Source: Candidatus Dojkabacteria bacterium
Lineage (GTDB): Bacteria > Patescibacteriota > Dojkabacteria > B142 > WJKM01
Assembly (NCBI GenBank): GCA_014729085.1
Contig: WJKM01000004.1
Location: 68,345-132,344 of the forward strand
Direction of reading: 5' to 3'
DNA length: 64,000 nucleotides
Position numbers and translations under genes: made by a program. The notes under the pieces are model-generated. The model worked only from the letters and a program-made list of their open reading frames with translations. It did no database searches and was not told the origin of the DNA. This document shows positions 39,297 to 48,403 of this stretch, one piece after another; position 1 is the stretch's first letter; the number at the start of each line of letters is the position of its first letter.

Positions 39297-40373
39297 TTAC
39301 TCAACTTTCTTCCACTTAACACATATTGATTTTTGACACTGTCTATACAAAATATCTTCCTCTAAAAATACTTCATGTGTTTCGCCCTCAGAGTCAACCA
39401 TAGTAACATTTCCATTATTGTAGGTATAACTTGTGAATTGAATTGGACCTTCATTTTGGCAGGTTGCTCTATGCCAACAATGCTCCGCAGTTCCATCTTC
39501 TTTAAATAAATAATATGAACCTTCATACATGGTATCTGTCAAATCAGTTGTACCAAGATATTCATAAATCAGCCACTTTCCAACTAGATTAATTTCTGGA
39601 GACTCTTCTGGTTCCTGTGTTTCTTCCACAGGCTCATACTCATTCAAACCAAATTCACTAGCATCTATTGTTGGGGTGGATTCTTGTTGAGTATCTAAAT
39701 CTGAGATAGAGTCTTCTGCATCTCCTAGTAATCTACTCTTAAATTCTTTATCTTCATTAACTATCTCTGCCAATTTTTCTTCTACTTTTTGGTAATCTAC
39801 CTCTCCACGTTTCTCCTGCTCCTCCAGTTCCTTAAGTTCCTTGTATTTAGTCTCTACTTGACTCCCTACTTCCTCCATCTCTTTTCTCATTGCTCTTGCT
39901 TTTGCAATTAATATTGCAATATCTGCATCACTTCCTGTATTCGCCATATTTCTCCACATCTTCATATCCACTCCTTCTTCTTCACCAGCTGAAGCTTTTG
40001 CTGCCATTACTGTATCCTGCACTCCAGATACTACTCCATCCAAATCTTTTGCTCCTGGCACATCCGGAGTTAGCAATCCTGTACCAAGATTAAATGCTTC
40101 CTCGGAAAGTTTTCTATTGTATGAACTTTCATTTAATTGTGATAAAGTCTGTTCTGTCTGACTAAGACTTTCTGCTATCCTAAGCTTTGCACGCTTTCTT
40201 TCCAGATTTGCTTCCTTATCAGCTTGATTTTGTAAAATCGTTGCTTGATTACGCATATCCATAAGCGACTCATCTATAACGCTTTTATCGTGAATTGTCC
40301 CAGCAGTATTTGCTCCTGCTGTGATCAATCCCATTACTGTCATTGTTGTTACTATTGTTGTAAATATTGCCAT
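39297..40373 (-). CDS. hypothetical secreted protein with N-terminal hydrophobic segment and coiled-coil region
   Basis: 358 aa. The N-terminal TM/signal is MAIFTTIVTTMTVMGLITAGA. The central region is heptad-rich and charged. The C-terminal region has 4 Cys. Confidence 0.35.
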   Translation of the reverse strand: MAIFTTIVTTMTVMGLITAGANTAGTIHDKSVIDESLMDMRNQATILQNQADKEANLERKRAKLRIAESLSQTEQTLSQLNESSYNRKLSEEAFNLGTGLLTPDVPGAKDLDGVVSGVQDTVMAAKASAGEEEGVDMKMWRNMANTGSDADIAILIAKARAMRKEMEEVGSQVETKYKELKELEEQEKRGEVDYQKVEEKLAEIVNEDKEFKSRLLGDAEDSISDLDTQQESTPTIDASEFGLNEYEPVEETQEPEESPEINLVGKWLIYEYLGTTDLTDTMYEGSYYLFKEDGTAEHCWHRATCQNEGPIQFTSYTYNNGNVTMVDSEGETHEVFLEEDILYRQCQKSICVKWKKVE

Positions 40374-40397
40374 TTTCGATTGATTAAAAAAGTATAT

Positions 40398-41480
40398 TTA
40401 AGTTAAACCAGGAAAAGTTCCACCCGGCACATAAAACGATTTTAAGATATTAGCTCTGCTCAACTCCTCTGGAATAGAATCAGCTCCTATATCTCCGTTT
40501 GGAAATGATATTTCATAAAACTTTTCATTTAAGTTAAAACCTTCTTCGTCAACGCCTTCACTCGTCATATCCATGTCAATAAATTCGGTATCTGGAGCAT
40601 TCATAACGTTCTCTGTATACTGTTTTCTATTCATGATACTGATTGTAAACAATGGTATTCCTTCTGTTCCACAAATTGAATTCTCCATTGCATCATCGGT
40701 TTTGTAGCAATAATCATAAGAGTCAAGTGCCCAATCAACTTCATCATGTTTTTCAATAATCTTATCTTTATTATTGCCGACTTTAAAAGTAAAACTGTAT
40801 TTCTCGTTCATAAATATATCTTGCTCTTGATCATCGCCTGCGCCTACTTCAGCGTTATTTATCTCAGAAGTAGGTTTCTCAGCCTTTTCAGTGAAAGCTT
40901 TTTGATCTATAGAAACTATAGTACCATCCAACTCAGCGGCATGGAGCCATATACCGTATTCATAGTATTTCGTACCTCCACCTAGTATAGATTCATCGAT
41001 TGTAGTTGTAGCTGAGGGAGCAGTTCCTAATATTCGGTCCAAATCCTCTCTAGTCTCAACATCATAGAAATCCTTAGGTTCAAGGTTAAGACTGTAAACT
41101 TCAACACCATCTACATCATCAAAATAATAATGTTTTCTGCCTATAAATTCACCATCATTAAACGTAAAGATCTCGTCTATATCAACGTATTTCCATACCT
41201 CTATTCGCGTTTGTTCTTCAAATTCATTGTCAATAGTGATATTATATGAATCCGGTAGACCAAATTCATCTATAAATTTTTTCTGATCTTTAGAGTAAAT
41301 ATTTGATACTGTACCTATTTGACCGAGATCTCCAAAATCAAAATTTGGAAATACAAAAATTATGGCAAAACATATACATAAACAAAACACAGAAAAAGCA
41401 GCAAATAATAAAATAATGCCTTTCTTTTTCTTGGAGTCTTTGTCTAAGGGAGTAGGGGACTGAGAGTTTGTGTCCATCAA
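40398..41480 (-). CDS. hypothetical membrane-anchored protein
   Basis: 360 aa with a single N-terminal TM (ILLFAAFSVFCLCICFAIIFVF) after a K/S-rich tail. The rest is acidic and soluble. Confidence 0.35.
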   Translation of the reverse strand: MMDTNSQSPTPLDKDSKKKKGIILLFAAFSVFCLCICFAIIFVFPNFDFGDLGQIGTVSNIYSKDQKKFIDEFGLPDSYNITIDNEFEEQTRIEVWKYVDIDEIFTFNDGEFIGRKHYYFDDVDGVEVYSLNLEPKDFYDVETREDLDRILGTAPSATTTIDESILGGGTKYYEYGIWLHAAELDGTIVSIDQKAFTEKAEKPTSEINNAEVGAGDDQEQDIFMNEKYSFTFKVGNNKDKIIEKHDEVDWALDSYDYCYKTDDAMENSICGTEGIPLFTISIMNRKQYTENVMNAPDTEFIDMDMTSEGVDEEGFNLNEKFYEISFPNGDIGADSIPEELSRANILKSFYVPGGTFPGLT

Positions 41481-41575
41481 AAATTTCTAAAAATTATTAC
41501 TTTTATAGATTAACACAAAACAATTTTGAAATTAAATTTGGCATATCTCTTAATTTTATTAAAGTTCTAAGCTTC

Positions 41576-42511
41576 TTATGGCTGAAGAATATCGTTGCTT
41601 TCATTGTTAATTGAGATGATTACTTGATTTACGGTCGGGAACTGTTTTAAGGTCTGTGAAATTTGTGAGCGAATACTTTCAACCCTGCAGGATCCACCTA
41701 CCTGGTAATCAAGCTTCTCGTTAAAATCAGCATATGCAATATCATTCTCGATTCTAAGGCTCTGCAAGACAACGCCTTCAGGAATTGATGTACTATATCC
41801 ATCATCTACTTCATCTTGTTCTGGGCCTTTCAACAATTCGTTTATAGCAGCTTTACCCATAGCTTCCGTCTTCTTTATCTCTCTTTTCACTGGATAGACT
41901 TTTGAACAATCCAACATGTTTGGATCATTTTTTGTATTATAAAAAAATACTTCTATAATTGAGTTTTCTTGGGGAACGATGGTAAGGGGAATTTCAATTT
42001 TATCATCAAGTTCTCTTTTATCACTAACATTTGATTTATAGAGAGTCATTACGACTTTTTGTTTTGTTTTAAATGTACAGTCAATAGTTGCTTCAAAATC
42101 TACAAACTCATCAGTCATCCATTCCTCATCTGTGTGTGCAGATACTCTCATTAATTCATTACCTTGTTGATCATTTATACCAACTGGAAAACTAGCTTCA
42201 AAAAACCAATAACCAGGAATTTCTCCTTTTACCTCGAACGGGCAACTTACGGAATCATTTGAAAAAGGTGTAATTAGTTTATAAGGAGTTCCTTTTTCTG
42301 AAGTATCCAAGGAATCATCAACTGTAGGAATTGCAGTTGATTGATCTATATAATCGGTTGGAGACACAGCATTATCCAAATCATTGGAGTTCGTTTGGTT
42401 TTTCCTATTGCTATTTTGAAAAGCTAAATAAGCAATAAGAGAAATAGCTGGGATTATTACAATAACTAATAATAGAATAATTGGTAGTTTGTTTTTATTT
42501 TTCATATTCAA
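41576..42511 (-). CDS. membrane-anchored protein with Gmad2-like and GerMN-like domains
   Basis: N-terminal TM. A central region (..SCPFEVKGEIPGYWFFEASFPVGINDQQGNEL..) is Gmad2-like. The C-terminal ...ADFNEKLDYQVGGSCRVESIRSQISQTLKQFPTVNQVIISINN matches the GerMN signature (GGSC ... Q.P.V..V.I.ING). Confidence 0.4.
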   Translation of the reverse strand: MNMKNKNKLPIILLLVIVIIPAISLIAYLAFQNSNRKNQTNSNDLDNAVSPTDYIDQSTAIPTVDDSLDTSEKGTPYKLITPFSNDSVSCPFEVKGEIPGYWFFEASFPVGINDQQGNELMRVSAHTDEEWMTDEFVDFEATIDCTFKTKQKVVMTLYKSNVSDKRELDDKIEIPLTIVPQENSIIEVFFYNTKNDPNMLDCSKVYPVKREIKKTEAMGKAAINELLKGPEQDEVDDGYSTSIPEGVVLQSLRIENDIAYADFNEKLDYQVGGSCRVESIRSQISQTLKQFPTVNQVIISINNESNDILQP

Positions 42512-42803
42512 ATTGATTAAAGAATTAAAATAACATACCTATTTCATTATATAATATATATTCCAGATACCTTAATTCATTCTTCATGAGTTTCCCTAAT
42601 TTAATAAGTGATTATTTTCCGCCAATATAAGTAATCGACTCAATAGCTAATTTGAGTTCATTTGATGTGGATTCTCAAACTTCGACATTAATAAAACCCT
42701 TTAATACAAATTCAGTATCAATTTAACTAATGGTTTTGCTGCACTTCGTTTACAAAGCCAAGACTATCACCTGCCTACCAAAGTACTTTGTACGGCGGGC
42801 AGG

Positions 42804-42876
42804 TTGTCGATCTGGTTTCCGGTTCTCGCCTTTCAATTCATACCAAAAATAAAAAATTCCACCTTTCGGTGGATTT
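42804..42876. repeat. ~73-bp repeat R75, copy 1 (other copies at 46956-47027 and 50106-50168), containing a bidirectional terminator hairpin
   Basis: ttgtcgatc(y)ggtttccggttctcgcctttca(w)ttcataccaaaaataaaaa(a)ttccacc(t)ttcggtggattt. It contains hairpins ccgg-ttt-ccgg and ccacc-tttc-ggtgg, flanked by A-runs and T-runs on both sides. Confidence 0.6.
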
Positions 42877-42935
42877 AATTAGAGGAAGCGACCTGCCTTC
42901 TCCTTCGCAAGTTCAGGATTGTTTTCAATAACAGT

Positions 42936-42966
42936 GGAGCCAAGTACTGGGCAAAGTCCGAACTGA
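42936..42966. repeat. direct repeat S, copy 2 (copy 1 at 46148-46176), flanking the DUF4297-HerA cassette
   Basis: ggagc-NNNN-tactgggcaaagtccgaact, 29/31 identical between the copies. Both copies begin with the same ggagc pentamer that starts the tRNA-Gly-derived core. Confidence 0.6.
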
Positions 42967-42986
42967 GTATTTAAATAAAAATACGC

Positions 42987-44744
42987 TTATGTAACGTTTT
43001 TCCAGTCCTTTGTTACATTTTCAAAATTAACATCTTTCCATTGTTTTTTCCAGATGTCTAAATAATCAATGTCCGGTGATTTTGGTTCTTGGTTGGGCAT
43101 GTGAATTTTAACCAATGAAGGCAAAATGATAGATTCCCCTATCAAAAGTGCTTCCCCAGCTTTCAATGTTGGCAAATAATTGGTTAAATCACCCAATGTA
43201 TCCGGAAGCAATTTCCTAACATAGTTTTGATCATCTGGATTTGTCAGTCTCATGGCAATAAAGTTATTGCATTGAGAAAAAATTGTTTCAGAAATTTCAG
43301 CTGGTCTTTGACTGACTATTCCAAGTGTAATTCCATATTTTCTACCTTCTTTTGCAATTCTTTCAATAGCTGTCCTTGAAGCCCTATACTTTGTTAAACC
43401 ACTTCTTGGAACATATTTGTGAGCTTCTTCAAAGATTAAAAGTAGTGGTGTATCACATTCAGATGAACCATCTAACATTTTTTTGTAATAGTATCCGTAT
43501 TCAAACAGTATTCTTGAAATAAGTGAAACAGTAACACTAAGAACTTCAAAGGGAATTCCAGAAAGATCAAATATTGTTACATTTGCCTTGCTTTTGGTAT
43601 AGCCTATGAATTGTTTTAACACGTCTTCAAGTGTAAGTGAGTCTGCATTTTCAAATAAAAACCTGAGTCTGGGATTATTCCTTGTTATATCAAGTCTTAA
43701 AATAAACCTTTCAAAATGACCCTTGAATGGTCCAGGACCAGCTTTTGTCGCCTTTGTTCTTGACTGTTCACAGAAATCAATATCATCTGTGAAGTATTTA
43801 GGAATTCTATCCGGAATCAATTCTCCACTAATTGATTTGGGTACGTTTTCACCTTCTAACTTCCCGATGACCTCATTATTCACATTTTTTATATATCTTA
43901 TTACTTCATCAATATTAAATCTAAAAGGGGAATCAAAGTAAATATTCTTAGAATCAATATCTGGATTTGTATGTTTTTTGTTTTCTGTAACAGCATATCT
44001 GAACTGTGAAACTTGATTATGTGAATTATCTTCGTTACTTTCAATAAAAAGATCCCCAAGCTCATCACTATCAAAAAGCCAATAGGGAATCTTTATATTT
44101 GAAGAATCAATGATGTTAGCATCAGGGAATGCTTCCCTATATTCTCCGCCTATATCAAAAATCACTATATGAGAATTGTTCAAATCATCATAACTACCAT
44201 TTTTTTCTTGTATTGCCTTTTGAATTATGGAAGCAACTGAATGTGACTTTCCAGATCCAGTTGACCCAACAATTGCAAAATGCTTGTTGAATAGTTTATT
44301 ACCATTCACTGGTACTGCAATAGCATTATTTTGTGCAAGGTCTGAAAACACAAACTTTTCTGAATCTTTCAATTTACATGAATATATCTTGTTAAAATCT
44401 TCATCTGATAATAGTTCTATTCCATTGTTAGGTGGAAGCGGTATCCCATGTGCACCACGTTCAAACTCAACTTTACCTTCTGACAATACCCTATATGATC
44501 CAATCAGTTCAACTTCAATAATAAATTGATTTTCACCCGCAGGCGTATCAGGATCTGTTGAATCTAAGTTTTTAATTTTGTAGTTCTTGATCACACCTAT
44601 AATGAAGTCACTTGAATCACTTTGGAAGGGAATTTTTATATAACTTCCAATATTAAAGTGATTATCAAATTGCTTTGAATCAAGGATTTCAATTGATACT
44701 ATATCCCTTGTTACACCTATTATCTTGAAATTTTCTGGGTCCAT
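42987..44744 (-). CDS. HerA/FtsK-superfamily ATPase (HerA-like helicase, DUF87-type), candidate antiphage defence component
   Basis: 585 aa. Walker A is FAIVGSTGSGKSHSVASII. Walker B is LLLIFEEAHKYVP. Further downstream are GITLGIVSQRPAEIS, a sensor/arginine-finger-like region, and an N-terminal HerA-type barrel. The gene abuts the upstream DUF4297-like gene. Confidence 0.65.
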   Translation of the reverse strand: MDPENFKIIGVTRDIVSIEILDSKQFDNHFNIGSYIKIPFQSDSSDFIIGVIKNYKIKNLDSTDPDTPAGENQFIIEVELIGSYRVLSEGKVEFERGAHGIPLPPNNGIELLSDEDFNKIYSCKLKDSEKFVFSDLAQNNAIAVPVNGNKLFNKHFAIVGSTGSGKSHSVASIIQKAIQEKNGSYDDLNNSHIVIFDIGGEYREAFPDANIIDSSNIKIPYWLFDSDELGDLFIESNEDNSHNQVSQFRYAVTENKKHTNPDIDSKNIYFDSPFRFNIDEVIRYIKNVNNEVIGKLEGENVPKSISGELIPDRIPKYFTDDIDFCEQSRTKATKAGPGPFKGHFERFILRLDITRNNPRLRFLFENADSLTLEDVLKQFIGYTKSKANVTIFDLSGIPFEVLSVTVSLISRILFEYGYYYKKMLDGSSECDTPLLLIFEEAHKYVPRSGLTKYRASRTAIERIAKEGRKYGITLGIVSQRPAEISETIFSQCNNFIAMRLTNPDDQNYVRKLLPDTLGDLTNYLPTLKAGEALLIGESIILPSLVKIHMPNQEPKSPDIDYLDIWKKQWKDVNFENVTKDWKNVT

Positions 44745-44753
44745 TTCGTTAAC

Positions 44754-45938
44754 TTAAAATTTAATTGCTTCATAAATTTGCTTAGTTGACAATCCTTCTA
44801 CACAAACTGATGGCAGTGATTCAAAACGCTCTGGAATGTTATGATCAAATGCATATATCATCTGTGGGGTATTTTGATAGTCAACTATACTATCGAAAGT
44901 AGATTCAGAAATTAGTCTCATTTCAAAAGAAATTCTTTCTAACGTTTCTGTAGCACGTCCATTACTTAAAGTTTTCTTTTCTTTTAGTGGTTTTTCAAAA
45001 AAGATGGAAGAATTGAAACTAATATTTTCATAGCCATCATTAAAATTTACATCATATCCAACTATCACTTTCTTTGCTTCTTCAACATGATCATCTGGTA
45101 CTACAAAGGTAATTGGATTTATGTCAATCTGTGGTTTCTTCCCTTTATAGTCTTCTACTACAGCTAATATAAGTTTCCCCATGTTATATGACGGATCATG
45201 TTTTACTTTTCCCAACATTACTAAATTTTCTTCTTTCCGTATGATTTTGCTAAACTTCTTTTTAATAAATGCCAAATACTTTTCTTCTCCTTTGAATTCT
45301 AGAAATGCTGAGTTAAAAATAATATTTTTACCAGATTTGACGTAATCCATTAGTTCCTTCCTATTTATTACCCGGTCTTCTGGATTTATTGTTTTTGTTA
45401 TTTTTTTTCTAATATAGTCAACTATATTAGAATAATAAAAGATTGCTTCATCAGTATTTGATGCTAAACCGAGTTCTTCATCCTGAAGCTTCCTAATTAC
45501 TTGTTGAAACTGCTGTTGGAAATCCGGTGCAAAATCTAAGACAAACTTCTTTATAAAGTCATTCTTTATTTTTTTACTGAACTGATCTTTCTTATTTCCA
45601 AGAATTTTGTTCAGGTTTTTTAATGAAAGGTGCCTGTCCTCACCTACAAACTTTTCATATCTTTTATATGAAGCAAATGAGGCATAAAGAAAGTAGTTCT
45701 TTTCATTATCATCCCGAAAATTATTCAGTAGATTGATTACAGGGGTTTTGATTTTTGAGGGCGTAAACGCTTGAGTTTCTTGGTATTTTACCTGAATCAC
45801 AAAATTTTTCGATGATATATCTTCAATAATTTCAACCCCAATAGGGTCTGTTTCATTAGTAGATTCAAGAATTTCAAATACAGTTTTGTCTATTTGATAT
45901 TCAAATCCTTTGATTGCATAATATCCACCATCGGTCAC
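44754..45938 (-). CDS. DUF4297-like (Cap4-type PD-(D/E)xK nuclease-like) protein, candidate partner of HerA in a DUF4297-HerA defence system
   Basis: 394 aa, within the 368-411 aa range typical of DUF4297. The N-terminus is GGYYAIKGFEYQIDKTVFEIL...IGVEIIEDISS..FVIQVKYQE (GxxYQ plus E..D...Q.K). The gene is co-oriented with the HerA gene and overlaps it by spacing. Confidence 0.5.
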   Translation of the reverse strand: MTDGGYYAIKGFEYQIDKTVFEILESTNETDPIGVEIIEDISSKNFVIQVKYQETQAFTPSKIKTPVINLLNNFRDDNEKNYFLYASFASYKRYEKFVGEDRHLSLKNLNKILGNKKDQFSKKIKNDFIKKFVLDFAPDFQQQFQQVIRKLQDEELGLASNTDEAIFYYSNIVDYIRKKITKTINPEDRVINRKELMDYVKSGKNIIFNSAFLEFKGEEKYLAFIKKKFSKIIRKEENLVMLGKVKHDPSYNMGKLILAVVEDYKGKKPQIDINPITFVVPDDHVEEAKKVIVGYDVNFNDGYENISFNSSIFFEKPLKEKKTLSNGRATETLERISFEMRLISESTFDSIVDYQNTPQMIYAFDHNIPERFESLPSVCVEGLSTKQIYEAIKF

Positions 45939-46010
45939 GAGTAAGTTCTAAGAATTATGATAAGTAATTATCTCAAAGAATTATTCCAACTTACAAATAA
46001 TATTTGATTT

Positions 46011-46152
46011 GGTTCGAACCAGCCAAAATCACTATCATTACTGGTAGGATGGAAGGTAATCACGGTAGGGGGTATCAAAAATTCGGTTTTAGCTCGAACC
46101 AATATGAATTATATTTGAAAAGGGTTTCGGGGTTTTTATGAGAAATTGGAGC
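46011..46152. repeat. ~140-bp conserved cassette leader, block A copy 1 (copy 2 at 49861-50002)
   Basis: About 85% identical between copies. Each ends in ...gagaaattggagc, immediately 5' (on the minus strand) of the first gene of a module (DUF4297 or the ATPase). It contains tataat and ttcaaa hexamers and a short hairpin attac...gtaat. Confidence 0.6.
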
Positions 46153-46262
46153 ACCCTACTGGGCAAAGTCCGAACTAGATTTTTGGAAATTCACTTTAAT
46201 TCTTTTGTTATAATATTATTAATCACTTTAGTTAACTATTATAATAAATAAACTACTTAATT

Positions 46263-46796
46263 ATGGTACCTACTGTTATTTTTAGTATAATAATATGTTT
46301 TTCGTTATACATATTTATATTCTCCTTACTTTCAAAAATAATATTAATTATTCTCAAACGTGTATTTCAATTATCACCAAAAATAAAAAAAATAATCTCA
46401 ATAATTGATATTATTTTAATTATAATTCTTATTCTGTGTATTCCGGCTATATTTATTTCTATTTTTATGGGTGGATGCTACACATCCTCACTAAAAACTG
46501 ATCAGATTTGTATTAATGAACCTGATAGTTATGGATGCTGGATTTGTGATAACGATGGAAATTATAACTATCAAAAAAATTCAGGTAGTGATATCAAAGG
46601 AACAGATCTTTGTGAGTTGTGTAATAAGGATGAAAACACGGGAATAAAAATTCAGACTGAAATTGCAAATATAACAGGCACAGAACTAACTTGTAATCGA
46701 ATAGTAGGTTCAAAAAATACGAATGATGGCATAGGGGTAGAACAAACTGAAAAAACAATTAAATGCATTTTGATAAAGGGAGAGAAAAATTGTTGA
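46263..46796 (+). CDS. small Cys-rich membrane-anchored hypothetical protein
   Basis: 177 aa. Two N-terminal TM helices are followed by a 100-aa domain with 10 Cys (CINEPDSYGCWICDNDG ... CELCNKDENTG ... CNR ... C..C). It lies between repeat S copy 1 and the tRNA-derived core copy at 46859. Confidence 0.35.
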   Translation: MVPTVIFSIIICFSLYIFIFSLLSKIILIILKRVFQLSPKIKKIISIIDIILIIILILCIPAIFISIFMGGCYTSSLKTDQICINEPDSYGCWICDNDGNYNYQKNSGSDIKGTDLCELCNKDENTGIKIQTEIANITGTELTCNRIVGSKNTNDGIGVEQTEKTIKCILIKGEKNC

Positions 46797-46858
46797 AAAT
46801 TTCGAGCAAATGGTAAGGAGTGTTTTGAATCAGGTTAATTTTATTGGAATTAGAGGGT

Positions 46859-47040
46859 GAGCGATGGACCGGGCTCACGTGGATTTGTAGACAAATCCAG
46901 TATCAATTCAGGTAAGTTCACTTCCTCATTTCATTCGTCGTTCACTAACCCTTCATTGTCGATCCGGTTTCCGGTTCTCGCCTTTCAATTCATACCAAAA
47001 ATAAAAAATTCCACCTTTCGGTGGATTTTTATTTTTGGAG
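46859..47040. repeat. ~175-bp block B, copy 1 (copy 2 at 50003-50170); begins with a tRNA-Gly 3'-end-derived core and ends with R75
   Basis: The first 18 nt, gagcgatggaccgggctc, are the revcomp of the last 18 nt of tRNA-Gly (GAGCCCGGTCCATCGCTC). The remainder is about 95% identical between copies. The ORFs in the track (46857-47105, 49988-50170) are translation artefacts of this repeat. Confidence 0.65.
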
Positions 47041-47189
47041 TCGTGCCTTCGCTAAAGCTTCGGCAGACTCTCGTACTTCAATCAATATTTCAGTACATTC
47101 AGTAATCGACTTGCTATACGAAACAAAATTGAATGTAATGAAATTTTGTGAAGTATGGAGCTCTCTGATAGAGGAAGTTAGAACTAATG

Positions 47190-47870
47190 TTAGATTGATT
47201 CAGTAACTTTGTATATCCCAGTACGACTAAAATCAGGACTAGGATTTAGTATCCATTTACCAAAAGAGACTTTATCTTTATCTGGACAATAATGCTCAAC
47301 ACCAATAGACAGTTCTTTGTCATCATCCACGCTAAGTAGCCAATACGATTTAAATCGATCATTCTTACTTTGGCAATCCACTTGAGGAATCAGGAGATCT
47401 TTATCAATCAGCCAGCCATCAATAAACAGTAAAAGATTCCTATTAAATGGAGAAACTTCTTTATCAATTTTATGACTCAAGGCCTTCTTAACTCCTTTCT
47501 CAAGATCAAGACCATAAAATTTCTTACTATTTTTGTTCTGGACAAAAGCAGATGTCTGCTCCAAAGCGTAAGCAAATCGGTCAATATAAACAAATCCATC
47601 ATCCAACTCTGTAAATCCCTGTTTTCCTTCTTGAAAACCAAATCTCACATCCTTATTATTTAAATTATTCTGTAGGATAACAAAAACGGAGAACACTCCA
47701 AGCATTTCATATAAAGAAAGATTAAAAGGATCAAGCTTTGAAGAATTGTATAAAGATTCAATCTTATTAAAATGATCTTTTAATGAATTAATAAGGGGAG
47801 AATACTGTTTCAAAGTTTTAAATGACCCATATGGGGGACTTTTAATAAATTTCGCCGAATATCCATTCAT
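47190..47870 (-). CDS. hypothetical protein, third gene of the ATPase module
   Basis: 226 aa with no recognisable motifs. It is co-oriented with and 17 nt downstream of the 127-aa gene. Confidence 0.3.
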   Translation of the reverse strand: MNGYSAKFIKSPPYGSFKTLKQYSPLINSLKDHFNKIESLYNSSKLDPFNLSLYEMLGVFSVFVILQNNLNNKDVRFGFQEGKQGFTELDDGFVYIDRFAYALEQTSAFVQNKNSKKFYGLDLEKGVKKALSHKIDKEVSPFNRNLLLFIDGWLIDKDLLIPQVDCQSKNDRFKSYWLLSVDDDKELSIGVEHYCPDKDKVSFGKWILNPSPDFSRTGIYKVTESI

Positions 47871-47887
47871 CCATTCCCTTTGAGATA

Positions 47888-48271
47888 TTAGTTTGGAGAG
47901 CTTCGCTCTCGTACAAATGATTCTATCATATCCTCGATCAGTTTCAGATGACTAAAAAATTTCTCACCCCAGAAGTCACAATCAACTTTCTTAGATACCT
48001 CACTCAATTTTTGTTTCAATTCACTTTCAAGAAACACCCCGGGTTTATAATTGTAAAGCCACAAACAAAACATGACCATCTCAACACTAAGTCTATACTC
48101 CTGGAAATAAAACATATGTATTGAATCAATGATAAAAATTTCAATAACCTCTGGTTCAAATTCTATCTCTTGATTTGGATCAGAAGATCCATGTTTAAAA
48201 TCATTATAATCCTGGTTAACAATATCCTTAAATCGTTTCACTGATGTATTACTTTTTCCATATCTCTTCAT
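47888..48271 (-). CDS. hypothetical small protein, middle gene of the ATPase module
   Basis: 127 aa with no recognisable motifs. Confidence 0.3.
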   Translation of the reverse strand: MKRYGKSNTSVKRFKDIVNQDYNDFKHGSSDPNQEIEFEPEVIEIFIIDSIHMFYFQEYRLSVEMVMFCLWLYNYKPGVFLESELKQKLSEVSKKVDCDFWGEKFFSHLKLIEDMIESFVRERSSPN

Positions 48272-48403
48272 GAAGTGTTCCTTATGATATTGTTTTAATA
48301 CATCCCTATTTAGATGTTCATCAGCTTTTTCAACAAAATATGATAAATGAATAAATAATATTACTGCTAATTACAATATTTAAAAGAAATTTTTATAAAA
48401 AAC

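Noticed and set aside
42936-42966. Repeat S considered as the 3' half of another tRNA or tmRNA (by analogy with the tRNA-Gly-derived core)
   Set aside because: The reverse complement does not form a T-arm/acceptor structure (no GGTTC-type loop with a paired stem), so it is left as an unexplained direct repeat.
46011-46152. Block A as a degraded tRNA or tmRNA gene (because it abuts the tRNA-derived core and contains ggttcgaacc)
   Set aside because: ggttcgaacc is a palindrome and no cloverleaf can be drawn. It is kept as a conserved leader or att-arm candidate instead.
46857-47105. ORFs 46857-47105 and 49988-50170 encoding nearly identical peptides (MSDGPGSRGFVDKSSINSGKF...)
   Set aside because: The identity comes from the repeated non-coding block B. 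The frames start in the tRNA-derived core and run through the terminator hairpin. They are better explained as repeat DNA than as genes.
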